Assembly: GCA_963709585.1 (NCBI GenBank)
Contig: CAVPXI010000004.1
Coordinates: forward strand, 96,001 to 160,000
Direction: 5' to 3'
From: Candidatus Dormiibacterota bacterium
GTDB lineage: Bacteria > Chloroflexota > Dormibacteria > Aeolococcales > Aeolococcaceae
DNA: 64,000 nucleotides
The position numbers and the translations under genes were made by a program. Shown one piece after another: positions 19,269 through 29,460 of the stretch. Positions within the stretch are counted from its first letter, which is position 1. Each line of letters begins with the position of its first letter. The notes below the pieces were generated by a model. It ran no database searches. It was not told the DNA's origin and saw only the letters and a list, made by a program, of their open reading frames with translations.

Positions 19269-21497
19269 TCAGGCAGCGGGGGCGATCTCCCGAGGTTCGG
19301 GCTCGCGGCGGCGAAGCCAGGTGGGCGCCCACCAGTTTGCAGTCCCGAGCAGGCGCATCACCGCGGGCACGACGAGTGCGCGAACCAGCGTGGCGTCGAC
19401 GATCACCGCGACTGCCATCCCGACGCCGATCGACTTGATGGTGACCACGCTGGCGAGCGCGAACGCGAGGAACACGCACGCCATGATCGCCGCGGCTCCG
19501 GTGACGAGGCGGCCGCTGCGCTCGAGGCCGTCGGCGACCGCGGTTCGGTTGTCGCTGGTGCGAACCCAGGCCTCCTGCATGCGGGTGAGCAGGAACACCT
19601 CGTAGTCCATCGACAGCCCGAAGACGACGCAGAACAGCAGCACGGGGATGGTCGGATCGAGCGGGCCGGCGGTGAACCCGAGAATGGAGGAGAGGTGTCC
19701 CTGGTCGAAGATCCACACCAGCGCCCCGAAGGCGGCGCTCAAAGACAGCGCGTTCATCAGCACCGCCTTGAACGGCAGGACGAGCGAACGGAGCAGCACG
19801 GTGAGCACGATCAGGGTGGTGATCAGCACGAACCCGATCGCGAGTGGCGTGTGGTCGATCATGTAATTGACGAGGTCGATGTCGAAGGCTGTGTCGCCGG
19901 TGACCTGAACCGCTGCACCCGGCACCGAGTCGATGGAGCGGATGTCGCGTACGAGGTTGTGCGCCTGGTCGCTGGTGACGAAATACGGATTGGCCACGTC
20001 GAGGACCGCGATGCTCGAGCCGGTCAGGGTGGTGAGCAGGGCCTGCGCTGTGGCGGGCAGCGAGGGCCTGGGCTGTGCGTATAGGGTCTGGTACGACGCC
20101 AGGGTCAAGGTGGGATCGACGGTCACGTAGCTGCGCACCCCTGTGACCCCGTTCAGTGCGGCAAGCCGTCGCGCGAGCTGGTACGCCACCGCGACGTTGG
20201 CAGGACTGGTCGGTGCGCCGTTCTGGAAGTTGACGACCACGGCGATCGTGTTCTGGCCGACGCGCGGAAACTGCGCCTGGAGTAGGTCAGCACCTCTGCG
20301 CGCTTCAGCCGAAGGCGGCAGCTGGTTGACATCGCTGTTGGCAAGTTGGAGGTCGAGAAACGGCGATCCTGCGACGAGAAGGATCGCCACCGTCGGGATC
20401 AGTACCATCCACGGCCGGCGCATGACCCAGATTGCGAGGCGGTGCCACGCGCCCTGGCCGAATGGCTTGGGCTGCAGGATGGGAACGCGGATGCTGTTGA
20501 TGCGCGGTCCAAGAACTGCCAGCATCGCGGGCAGCAGTGTGACCGCGTACAGCACCGATATGGCCACGACGATCGCGCCGGCGATACCCATCGAGACGAG
20601 TGCCGTACCGGTGTAGAAGAGCAGACCGGAGAGCCCGATTGCGACGGTGAGGCCGCTGAACATGATCGCTCGACCGGCGGTGGCCATCGTGGTGGCGAGC
20701 GCGTCTTCAACGCTCCGGCCGGACGCCAGCTCCTCGCGGAACCGCGTCACGATGAACAGCGAGTAGTCGATGGCGATCCCGAGACCTACCAGGGTGACAA
20801 CGTTGACCGCATACGTCGAGATGTCGATGGCGTGAGCGAGCGCCAGCGCCGCTCCCACGCCGCCGAGCACAGCGAAGACGCCGACGCCCAGGCAGAGAAG
20901 TGCGGCCACACCGGTGGCGAACACGATGACGAGCAGGATGAGCGCAAGCGGCAGTGACACAACCTCGGAGCGGCGCAGATCGCTCGCGAGATACGTGTCG
21001 AAATCTGAAGCCAGCGGCACGTCGCCGGTCGCGGTGATGGCAAGCGACGGCGACATCACCTTGCCCCGAATCGCGTCGTATTGCGACCGAGCCTGCGAGA
21101 AGTCGATCTTCAATCCCACCTGCACGAGCACGCTGTGGCTGTCTGTGGAGACCATCAGCGGGACCGCCGCAGGGGCGGCTGTGAAGGGTGTGGCCAGCGC
21201 GCTCACGCGCGAGTCGCCGCGCAGCTTCGCGAGGGCTGCATTGACCGCCGTCTCGAACGCGGGCTGACCAAAGGTCAACCGTGAGCTGGTGAGGATCAGC
21301 GTGAACGACGAGCCTGTCGCCGACGGGAGTTGCGCACTCTCGAGGTTGGCGGCACGCACCGACTCGACGTCGTAGTTGCTCGCATTGATCGGCTGCCCTC
21401 CGGTGAGCAGTCCGGCGATCGAGAGTACGAAACACGCGATCGACAGGGCGAGCACTGCGATGCGACGGCGGTAGACAAAGTGCCCCCAGCGCCTCAC
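19269..21497 (-). CDS. MMPL family RND transporter
   Basis: GIAIDYSLFIVTRFREE, FGLSMDYEVFL, DATLVR...NWWAP; AAGGAG ahead of GTG 21497. Confidence 0.93.
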   Translation of the reverse strand: MRRWGHFVYRRRIAVLALSIACFVLSIAGLLTGGQPINASNYDVESVRAANLESAQLPSATGSSFTLILTSSRLTFGQPAFETAVNAALAKLRGDSRVSALATPFTAAPAAVPLMVSTDSHSVLVQVGLKIDFSQARSQYDAIRGKVMSPSLAITATGDVPLASDFDTYLASDLRRSEVVSLPLALILLVIVFATGVAALLCLGVGVFAVLGGVGAALALAHAIDISTYAVNVVTLVGLGIAIDYSLFIVTRFREELASGRSVEDALATTMATAGRAIMFSGLTVAIGLSGLLFYTGTALVSMGIAGAIVVAISVLYAVTLLPAMLAVLGPRINSIRVPILQPKPFGQGAWHRLAIWVMRRPWMVLIPTVAILLVAGSPFLDLQLANSDVNQLPPSAEARRGADLLQAQFPRVGQNTIAVVVNFQNGAPTSPANVAVAYQLARRLAALNGVTGVRSYVTVDPTLTLASYQTLYAQPRPSLPATAQALLTTLTGSSIAVLDVANPYFVTSDQAHNLVRDIRSIDSVPGAAVQVTGDTAFDIDLVNYMIDHTPLAIGFVLITTLIVLTVLLRSLVLPFKAVLMNALSLSAAFGALVWIFDQGHLSSILGFTAGPLDPTIPVLLFCVVFGLSMDYEVFLLTRMQEAWVRTSDNRTAVADGLERSGRLVTGAAAIMACVFLAFALASVVTIKSIGVGMAVAVIVDATLVRALVVPAVMRLLGTANWWAPTWLRRREPEPREIAPAA

Positions 21498-21574
21498 CGT
21501 GACACTCCTTCGATCACCGCGATCGAGTATATCGACCCGAGGTTTCACCACCGCGTAGACTCCCGAGGACCGCG

Positions 21575-22693
21575 ATGGCAACGCATGTCCCACCTCTGGT
21601 CGGGGAGATCAACTCGATCTCGCATTTCGCGAACGTCGCACGCGAGCGCCAGCCGGGGCGTCAGCTCGACCTGATCCGGCAGGCAGCGCCCGGCTTTCGA
21701 GAGTGGTTCCGAGCCACGGGGATGCCCGACTGGATCGGCACCTTCGATCTCGTATCGCTGCCCTACCCGACTCGATTCGGGCTCTTTCGCGCAGCGATGA
21801 GCCCGGCGCCGTATCTCTCCCTGACGCACCAACTCGTGGTGGTGCGCTGGCGCGAGCCGGACGGGAAGCCGAGAGTGCTGCTCTTCGAACCCACCGACGT
21901 GGACCTCGCCCGGCGCACGCCGTACTTCGCGCGCCTGCGCGAATCGACGCCCGCGGCATTCGAGCGCGCCTTCGCGCGTCCACTCGGTGACGTCGTCACT
22001 CATCTGCGCAGCGTCGGCATCGAGACCGGTGACGTCGACTGGATCACGTTCGATCACCTGCACACGCAGGACGTGCGCCGTTGGGTCGGCACCACCGAAC
22101 CCGCGCGCGATCTCTCCCCGATGTCCGCGATTCCGGCGGCGCTGCCGCGCGCGCGGTTGATCGTGCAGCGCGCCGAGCTCGAATCGCTCGAGGCGCTGCA
22201 TCCGTTGCAGGTGCCGTGGTATCAGGCGTCCACCTTCGCCGCGCTGCGACAGGAGGCGCTGTTCCCGATCGACGGGGATGTGTTGATCGGACCGGGCGTC
22301 GCACTGGTCTCGACGCCTGGACACACGATCGGCAATCACACGCTCGTGGTGAACACCGAGACCGGCATCTGGGCAAGCAGCGAGAACGTGATCGCCGCCG
22401 AGTGCCTGACTCCGGAGCACAGCCGGATCCCGGGCGTGCGCCGCTTCACGCGCACCTGGGACCAGGAGATCGTCCTCAACGCGAACACGCTCGAGGACAC
22501 TGCACGGCAGTACAACTCGTGCGTGCTCGAGAAATCGATCGTCGATGTCGCGCGCGCCAACTCGCGCTTTCTGCAGTTCATGCCCTCCTCCGAGCTCACC
22601 GGCACCGTGCTCAGCCCGGGAACGTCGCCGACGTTCACGCACTCGGGGATCTTTCACGGCACCCTGACGCCGACCGGTGCGGTCCGATCCTGA
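21575..22693 (+). CDS. MBL-fold metallo-hydrolase
   Basis: FDHLHTQD, TPGHT. Confidence 0.75.
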   Translation: MATHVPPLVGEINSISHFANVARERQPGRQLDLIRQAAPGFREWFRATGMPDWIGTFDLVSLPYPTRFGLFRAAMSPAPYLSLTHQLVVVRWREPDGKPRVLLFEPTDVDLARRTPYFARLRESTPAAFERAFARPLGDVVTHLRSVGIETGDVDWITFDHLHTQDVRRWVGTTEPARDLSPMSAIPAALPRARLIVQRAELESLEALHPLQVPWYQASTFAALRQEALFPIDGDVLIGPGVALVSTPGHTIGNHTLVVNTETGIWASSENVIAAECLTPEHSRIPGVRRFTRTWDQEIVLNANTLEDTARQYNSCVLEKSIVDVARANSRFLQFMPSSELTGTVLSPGTSPTFTHSGIFHGTLTPTGAVRS

Positions 22694-22724
22694 CTCCCCG
22701 ACCGATAGGATGGGAGGCGTGACC

Positions 22725-23580
22725 ATGACGCTCGCGCGCCGTGCGTGGACTCTCTTCGAGCCGATCCATGCCATCGTCTACTTCGCGCCGGAGGCGAGCG
22801 AGCACTACAAGGCGGCGGGGCTGCGCGGCGGATGGATGGGGTACTTCGCCTCGCGTTCGGCGCCGATGGGAGCGGTGACACCGGGCGTGGTTACGGCCGT
22901 GTTCCACGGTTTCCAGCCGGCGATGGTTGCGAGGGCGATTCCCGATGCGTGGCAGTATTCCAGCCCGGCGTTGGCGCTGACGGCGCGAACCGCGATCGCC
23001 AACTCCGCGTTGCGCCGTCTGTGGGGCGATGACGTCGCGTCCGCCGAGGTCGCGGAGGCTGCGACCGCGGCGATGGCCGTGGCGCACGGCCTGGGCGGTG
23101 GCGGGCGCCCGCTGTATACGGCGACGGCGGCGCTCGAAGAGCCGGATGCGCCGCATCTCAGGCTCTGGCACGCGTGCACCCTCCTTCGTGAGCACCGGTT
23201 CGACGGCCACGTCGCCGCGCTCACAGTGCATGGCCTCGACGGGCTGGAGTCGCTCGTCACCGCGATTGCCGCCGGCTCCGGGGTCGACGCCCCCACGATT
23301 CGCCGTTTTCGCGGCTGGACCGAGGAGGAATGGGATCAGGGAGTGGAACGCCTTCGCGATCGCCGGATACTCGACACAGCGGGGGGGCTCACCACCGAGG
23401 GACGCTGGCTACGGACAGATGTGGAGGAGATGACCGACCACCTCGCCGGTGACGTCTGGGCGGCGATGGACGAGCCGTCACGCGAGCACCTCTTCGTCAG
23501 CCTGCGCCGGCTCGCCGTGCTCCTCGAGCACCCCGATGGCATCCGCTACCCGAATCCGATCGGGGTGGCGGCCCGCCTGA
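22725..23580 (+). CDS. SCO6745-like conserved protein; 3' end probably at out-of-frame TGA 23578-23580
   Basis: EPIHA..YFA, GYFASR.APMG, LREHR.DGH, RGW...W. Confidence 0.75.
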
Positions 23581-23588
23581 GAGCGCGG

Positions 23589-24533
23589 TCAGGAGACCGG
23601 TGCCGACACGGCTCGTTCGCGTTCGCGGTCGACGACGGCGGCAAGGGCGCGGATGAAGGTTGGCTGCGTGTTCGGCAGTGCGATCCGGTGCATGGCGATA
23701 CCGGCGGCGGTTGCCTCCTCTCCGGCGGCGATGTCGATGTCGTAAAGGATCTCGAGGTGATCGGCGAGGAACTGGAGGGGTACGATGAGGATCTCGGTGA
23801 TCCCGCGGGTATGAAACCCGGGAAAGAGATCCTTCACGTCCGGCGTCAGCCATTCCTCCGGCGTGTGCCCGGCGCTTTGATACGCGAAGCTCCAACGATC
23901 GTGGTCTAGATCGAGCCGGGTCGCGATCGCGGTGGCGGTGTCGCGCAGCTGGGTGATGTAGCCGGGATCGCGTTCGACGACCGGGCGGGGGAGGCTGTGA
24001 GCGGTGAAGATGATTGGAATGCGGTCACGGACCTGCGCACCGAGACCCGCCAGGGCGTCCTCGACGCGCTCCGCGAGTGCGGCGATCCACTCGGGCATCA
24101 GGTGCCACGCACCCGCGATGTGCACGTCGACCTCAGGGTGCCCGGCTCGCCACGCGGCGACGGTTCGCTCGTATCCGGCGAGGATCATCGGCGAATACTG
24201 AGGCGCGAGCGCCACCACGACGATCCGGCGCGTGCCGCCGGCCACGAGCGTGTCGAGCGCGTCTGTCAGTGACGGGTCCGAGTGGAGCATCCCGGCGACG
24301 ACCCGGGTGTCGTCGTCACTCTGGGAGTCGAGCAACATCTGGAGCGCGGCACACTGCGCCTCGGTGATGTCGATGAGCGGGGATCGACCGATCAGGTCGT
24401 AGCGGCGCTGGAACTCCGCGATCAGATCCGCGGGTACCTCACGCCCGCCGCGCACCGAGGCGAGGTACGCGGGAACGTCATCGGCGGTCACCGCCGATCC
24501 GAAGGTGGCGAGGACGACGCCCAGCTGAGCCAT
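23589..24533 (-). CDS. hemH: Ferrochelatase
   Basis: RYDLIG.SPL, LAPQYS, FTAHSLP, AYQS, WLTPD, FLADHLEILYDID. Confidence 0.93.
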   Translation of the reverse strand: MAQLGVVLATFGSAVTADDVPAYLASVRGGREVPADLIAEFQRRYDLIGRSPLIDITEAQCAALQMLLDSQSDDDTRVVAGMLHSDPSLTDALDTLVAGGTRRIVVVALAPQYSPMILAGYERTVAAWRAGHPEVDVHIAGAWHLMPEWIAALAERVEDALAGLGAQVRDRIPIIFTAHSLPRPVVERDPGYITQLRDTATAIATRLDLDHDRWSFAYQSAGHTPEEWLTPDVKDLFPGFHTRGITEILIVPLQFLADHLEILYDIDIAAGEEATAAGIAMHRIALPNTQPTFIRALAAVVDRERERAVSAPVS

Positions 24534-24569
24534 GTCGCAAGGGTAGAGGCTGGCCGCCCGGGCTCGCGG

Positions 24570-25627
24570 TCAGCTCTGGGCGGTGTCCTCGTGGACGAGC
24601 TCCGCGAGACGGCGGAGATGGTCGCTCGACGTCTCGGGGAGCACGCCGTGGCCGAGGTTGAAGATGTGCCCGGCCGGCCCCCGGCGAGCTCGAGGATCTT
24701 GCGCGCCTCGCGGGCGACGACCTCGAACGGCGCGAGCAACGCCCCTGGATCGAGGTTGCCCTGGATGCCGCGGTCGCCGATCCGGCGCCAGGCCTCGTCG
24801 AGAGGCAGACGCCAGTCGACGCTGATGACATCCGATCCGCAGCGTGCCATCGCCTCGAGCAGGTGCGCGGTCGTTGTCCCGAAATGGATCGTCGGGACGC
24901 CGGTCTCCGCCACCGCATGGAGAATGCTCCGGCTGTACGGGAGCACCATCTCCTCGTACGCTGACACCGACAGCGCGCCGGCCCACGAGTCGAACAGCTG
25001 GACGATCTGGGCACCCGCCTCGACCTGGGCCAGCAGGTAGCCGATCGTCACCTCGGTCAGCGTGGCCATGAGGCGATGCCAGAGCTCCGGCTCCCCGTGC
25101 AGCATCGCCTTGGTGGAGGCGAAGTCCTTGGTGGGCTTGCCTTCGATCATGTAGGAGGCGACGGTGAACGGCCCGCCCGCGAACCCGACCACCGCCGTCC
25201 TGCCGTCGAGCTCGTGGCGCACGAGTTTGATTGCCTCGAACAGCTCGGGGGTCGCCTCGCGCGGGTCGACGACCCGCAGCGACGCGATGTCGGCGTCGGA
25301 GCGCACCGGCGCGTGAACCAGCGGCCCAATCCCGGGGTCGATCGAGAAGGGGACCCCCATCCCGATGAGGGGCAGCATGATGTCGGCGTACATCACCGCG
25401 GCGTCGACGCCGAATTCCTCGACCGGCATCAGCGTCACCCGGGCGCAGAGCTCGGGCGTTCTTGTGATCGTGAGGATGTCGTACGTCTCGCGAAGCGCCC
25501 GGTAGCCCGCGAGACAGCGTCCTGCCTGGCGCATGAACCAGATCGGGGTCCGGTCGGCCGGCTGCCGGCGAGCGGTGGCGAGCATGCGTTCCGCGCCGGT
25601 CATCGAGCCTGTCTGGGTGACTGCCAT
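24570..25627 (-). CDS. hemE: Uroporphyrinogen decarboxylase (frameshift at ~24670)
   Basis: PIWFMRQAGR, GPFTVASY, QLFDSW, QGNLDP; HIFNLGHG lies in the adjacent frame. Confidence 0.93.
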
Positions 25628-25764
25628 GGGCATCGAGGGTAGCGAAGCAACAAGCCGGCACGGATGCTGCACAGCGTGCGGGATGCCAAGTACGATCTCG
25701 ACGACCTGGCTGCCCGTGGGTGGCGCCTGGTCAGCGCCAGAACGTGCAGAGGAGAGTGGTACCG

Positions 25765-27384
25765 ATGAACTCGACCATGCAGGACGCGCAGCTGAGCATC
25801 ACAGAGCTCTTTCGCCATGGTGCGGAAGTGTTTCCGGACAGCGAGATCATCACGTTCGAGGGCGAGCGGGCACGGCACACCAGCTACGCCAAGGTGGCGG
25901 AGCGGGTCAACCGCCTGGCCGGGGCGCTGCGCACGCTCGGGATCGTCCCCGGCGATCGCGTCGGCACGCTCTGCTGGAACCACCAGCAGCACATCGAGGC
26001 GTACTTCGCCATCCCCTGCATGGGGGCGGTGCTGCACACGCTCAACCTGCGGCTGCCACCGCCGCAGCTGGCGCAGATCATCAACCACGCCGAGGATCGC
26101 GTGATCATCGTCGACAACTCGCTTGCGCCGCTGCTCGCGGCGGTGATCGACCAATGCCCGAGCGTCGAAAAGGTGATCGTGGTGGGCTCGGAAGGGGTGT
26201 CGGGTCTTGGCGAGGCGCTTGCCTACGAAACATTGCTGGCCGCGGAGTCGCCGACCTTCGCTTGGCCCGACATCGACGAACGCAGCGCAGCGTCCATGTG
26301 CTACACGACAGGAACCACGGGCGATCCCAAGGGTGTTGCGTACAGCCACCGCTCCGTCTACCTGCACTCGTTCGCGGTGTGGGCAACGTTCCGCCTCGAC
26401 GACAAGGGCCGCCTGCTGATCATCGTCCCCATGTTCCACGTCAACGCGTGGGGGACGCCGTATGCGGGCTGGTTGGTGGGCAGTGACCTCCTGCTCCCCG
26501 GGCGGTTCCTGCAGCCTCAGGGACTCTGTGACTTCATCCAGCAGGAACGGCCGACGTTCACCGGTGGCGTGCCGACCATCCTCACCGCGTTGCTCAACCA
26601 CGTGCAGGCAAACGGTGGCGATGTGTCCAGCATCAAGACCGCGGTCTGCGGTGGGTCCGCCGTCCCCGCGACGTTGATCGCAGCATATCGAGATGTGCTC
26701 GGCATCGAGCTGTGGCAGGCGTGGGGAATGACCGAGACGAGCCCGATCGCCACGATCGCCTTCCCGCCCAAGGGCACCGCAGCGGAGGACGAGATGATCT
26801 ACCGGTCCAAAACCGGTCGGGTCGTCCCGGGCGTGGAGCTGCGCCTCGTCGATGACAGCGGCGCCGAGATTCCGCGCGACGGCGAGGCAGTGGGCGAGAT
26901 CGAGGTGCGCGGTCCGTGGATCACCGCGTCCTACTACCACGCAGAGGCGCCCGAGAAATTCCACGACGGATGGCTGCGCACCGGCGACGTCGGCAACATC
27001 GATGGGCGCAATTACGTGCAGATCACCGACCGTTCCAAGGATGTGATCAAGTCGGGCGGCGAATGGATCTCATCGGTCGAGCTCGAAACGCTGCTCGTCG
27101 GTCATCCTGCGGTTGCGGAGGCAGCCGTCGTCGGCGTCCATGACGACCGTTGGGCGGAGCGGCCGCTGGCCCTTGTCGTGCTGAAACCGGGAGCATCGGC
27201 GACACCAGAGGAGCTGCGCGAATTTCTCGCACCGAAGGTGGCGCGCTGGTGGCTGCCCGAGCGCTGGACCTTCGTCGACGAGCTGCCGAAAACGAGCGTG
27301 GGCAAGCTCGACAAGAAGCTGATTCGTTCTGAATACGGACACGCGAAATACTCGGTGGTCGAGCTCGAGGCAACCAAGCGGTAG
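25765..27384 (+). CDS. Long-chain fatty acid--CoA ligase
   Basis: YTTGTTGDPKG, WGMTE, GWLRTGD, DRSKDVIKSGGE, PKTSVGK. Confidence 0.92.
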   Translation: MNSTMQDAQLSITELFRHGAEVFPDSEIITFEGERARHTSYAKVAERVNRLAGALRTLGIVPGDRVGTLCWNHQQHIEAYFAIPCMGAVLHTLNLRLPPPQLAQIINHAEDRVIIVDNSLAPLLAAVIDQCPSVEKVIVVGSEGVSGLGEALAYETLLAAESPTFAWPDIDERSAASMCYTTGTTGDPKGVAYSHRSVYLHSFAVWATFRLDDKGRLLIIVPMFHVNAWGTPYAGWLVGSDLLLPGRFLQPQGLCDFIQQERPTFTGGVPTILTALLNHVQANGGDVSSIKTAVCGGSAVPATLIAAYRDVLGIELWQAWGMTETSPIATIAFPPKGTAAEDEMIYRSKTGRVVPGVELRLVDDSGAEIPRDGEAVGEIEVRGPWITASYYHAEAPEKFHDGWLRTGDVGNIDGRNYVQITDRSKDVIKSGGEWISSVELETLLVGHPAVAEAAVVGVHDDRWAERPLALVVLKPGASATPEELREFLAPKVARWWLPERWTFVDELPKTSVGKLDKKLIRSEYGHAKYSVVELEATKR

Positions 27385-27400
27385 CGCGCGCCCCCGGGTT

Positions 27401-28504
27401 CTAGCCGTGCAGGATCGGCCCGGTCTCGACGACCTGGAACGCGTTCCCCGGGACTGACTTCAGCTGATCGAGATTGCTGTCGTTCCAGCGTGGATCAGTC
27501 GCGCCGCTGATGTACCAACTGCTGCCGTTGTCGGCGACGATCATGCCGTACGTCTTCAGCGCCTTGAGGATCACCAGCGCCTCGCCGCTGTATCCCGCGA
27601 GACTGAACGACGCCTCGAGACGCAACCGGAGTCCCATCGGCGGAAGGCTCGGATTGCTGACGCCCGCCTGGTGCGTCGCGGGGTGGATGAAACCGTTCTG
27701 CGTCTCGGCAACCGTGAAGCGGAGTGCGTGGTTGATGACGCCCGAGGCAACCTCGTTGTAGAGGGCGAGTCCCGGAAGGATCGGCAGGCCGGCCGCGTCG
27801 GCCGACGTCCACCCGTCCGGACGCAGCGCGTTGCTGCTCAGGTTGAACACCGCGCCCGATGCGCAGACCCATCCGCTGCCGGCCCGCTGCGCGTTGTACA
27901 TCTCGTACAGGTGGCAGTTTCCCGAGTCGACGACGAGCACATGGTGGTCGCTGCCCGATTCCACGGGTGCGTTGAGCGGCACCGGGTACGGCCCGGGATT
28001 GCTTTCGCTGCCATACGCGTTGAAGGTGATCGGCACGAACTTCTGAGACGCCGGAACCACTGTGTACGGAATGCCGTACGTCGGGTTCGACCCGAAGTCC
28101 GGGTGCAGGAACTGCTTCGTGGCGTCGATTGCGGCGATGTACGTCGATGACATCGGATCGAGCGGGGCGTTCGCGATGTTCTGGTTCCACGCGTTGTTGG
28201 TCGGGAAGACCTGGCATCCGCCGACGATGGTTCGAGGGCCTGACGCGGCGGCCGGTCTTGTCGAGGTGGTGTGGGATACGGGCTTTGCGCTGGGCCTCGC
28301 CGTGGCCCGCGCCGTCGACGCGGGCTGCGATGAGGCCGATGCGGTGGGAGGTCCGGGGAGATGAGGCAGCGCGCCGAGGATGGCTCCGGCCGGAGTCGGG
28401 ACCGCCTGCCCGGAGGGGCCGCTGCAGGCGGTGACCACAACAAGTGAGCACACCAATGTCATGCCACACCGGAGGCTCGGCGTCGCTGCTCGCAGCCGGA
28501 TCAC
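27401..28504 (-). CDS. Conserved hypothetical lipoprotein
   Basis: Lipobox VTAC, Pro/Ala linker, globular domain with DHHVLV, LYEM, WTSADAAGLPI, HALRF. Confidence 0.75.
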   Translation of the reverse strand: MIRLRAATPSLRCGMTLVCSLVVVTACSGPSGQAVPTPAGAILGALPHLPGPPTASASSQPASTARATARPSAKPVSHTTSTRPAAASGPRTIVGGCQVFPTNNAWNQNIANAPLDPMSSTYIAAIDATKQFLHPDFGSNPTYGIPYTVVPASQKFVPITFNAYGSESNPGPYPVPLNAPVESGSDHHVLVVDSGNCHLYEMYNAQRAGSGWVCASGAVFNLSSNALRPDGWTSADAAGLPILPGLALYNEVASGVINHALRFTVAETQNGFIHPATHQAGVSNPSLPPMGLRLRLEASFSLAGYSGEALVILKALKTYGMIVADNGSSWYISGATDPRWNDSNLDQLKSVPGNAFQVVETGPILHG

Positions 28505-28573
28505 GAACGTAGCATGGCCGCCCCACGACCGTGGATCGTGACGAGCCGGTCACGACGCCGGCGGATCAGCGGC

Positions 28574-28602
28574 TGGCATAGGCGCATCGCACGCGCTATC
28601 CT
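28574..28602 (+). promoter_or_regulatory. tRNA promoter TGGCAT-N17-TATCCT
   Basis: 17-nt spacing; -10 ends 11 nt upstream of the tRNA. Confidence 0.55.
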
Positions 28603-28613
28603 CCCAAGTTCGT

Positions 28614-28685
28614 GCGGGAGTAACTCAACGGCAGAGTGCAACCTTCCCAAGGTTGAAGTTGCGGGTTCGAGCCCCGTCTCCCGCT
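28614..28685 (+). tRNA. tRNA-Gly(CCC), CCA not encoded
   Basis: Acceptor GCGGGAG/CTCCCGC, anticodon arm CAACC-TTCCCAA-GGTTG, T arm GCGGG-TTCGAGC-CCCGT, U discriminator. Confidence 0.97.
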
Positions 28686-28764
28686 GACAGCGTCAGTTTC
28701 GAACGGGATCGGATCAGTCTCGATGGCCGCCTAAGTAGCCTGCAAGTTGAATTGAGACCGTTTC

Positions 28765-28875
28765 TCAATCGGTTTGTGAGCAAATCTGAGAAGGCGGCGC
28801 GCGTGAAGCCGGGTTGGGCATCGGACACGCCGGTTCCGCGGCAGGGGGAGGAGACATCCCCGCCGACCCGTGCAT
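28765..28875 (-). CDS. Putative 36-aa peptide or gene remnant
   Basis: AAGGAGGT 6 nt before ATG 28875; no recognisable homology. Confidence 0.3.
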   Translation of the reverse strand: MHGSAGMSPPPAAEPACPMPNPASRAPPSQICSQTD

Positions 28876-29460
28876 CGATTTACCTCCTTGGCCGCTGTGT
28901 GCTCGGACGAGCAAACGTGTCCGCAACACCCGTGCAGGCCCACGGGACGCGTCCCGATAGGAAACGCGGCGCGTAGCTGATCGTCCGAGTTGACGGAAAC
29001 CCTGTATGCGAATCGGGGTCCTGCGTGATCGAATGTGGTCGTGAGTGCCGAGTGCCGCGTTGATTCCGGGGTTGCCTTCTCTTGTATCCCAATGCTGTGA
29101 GCGATCTTGCAACAACCCCCGCTCTCGCCACACGCGCCGCTCCGGCTCTGCCCCGCCTCCGTCGTCCGCGGTGCGGGCGCAACGCTTCGCTTTGATTCGT
29201 GTGTGTCGCGCCGCCCACCAGACGTCAATGGCACGTCCGCGGCACCGTCATCGATTTCCGCGACAAGCCGGTGTCCGAGCGGCTTGGCCTGCATCGGCGA
29301 ACGGAGCGCTGGGCAGTCACCATCGTCCAAGGATGGCGGCGGTCTCTACCGCGCGCTGTGGCTACGGCCCAGCTCAGGCCCCACTGAGACCCACCGTTCG
29401 GACGTACACGCCTCGCCAGGGCCGCGGTCGATCCGCCACCCCTAGCACGCGCCTCCTGGA

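Noticed and set aside
23581-23909. C-terminal extension of ORF 22677-23909
   Set aside because: Antisense to hemH; probably read-through from an indel near 23570-23578
28905-28955. c-di-GMP-I riboswitch-like GCAAAC...GGGACGC on plus
   Set aside because: Lacks the GNRA loop and the following AAAG and receptor stem
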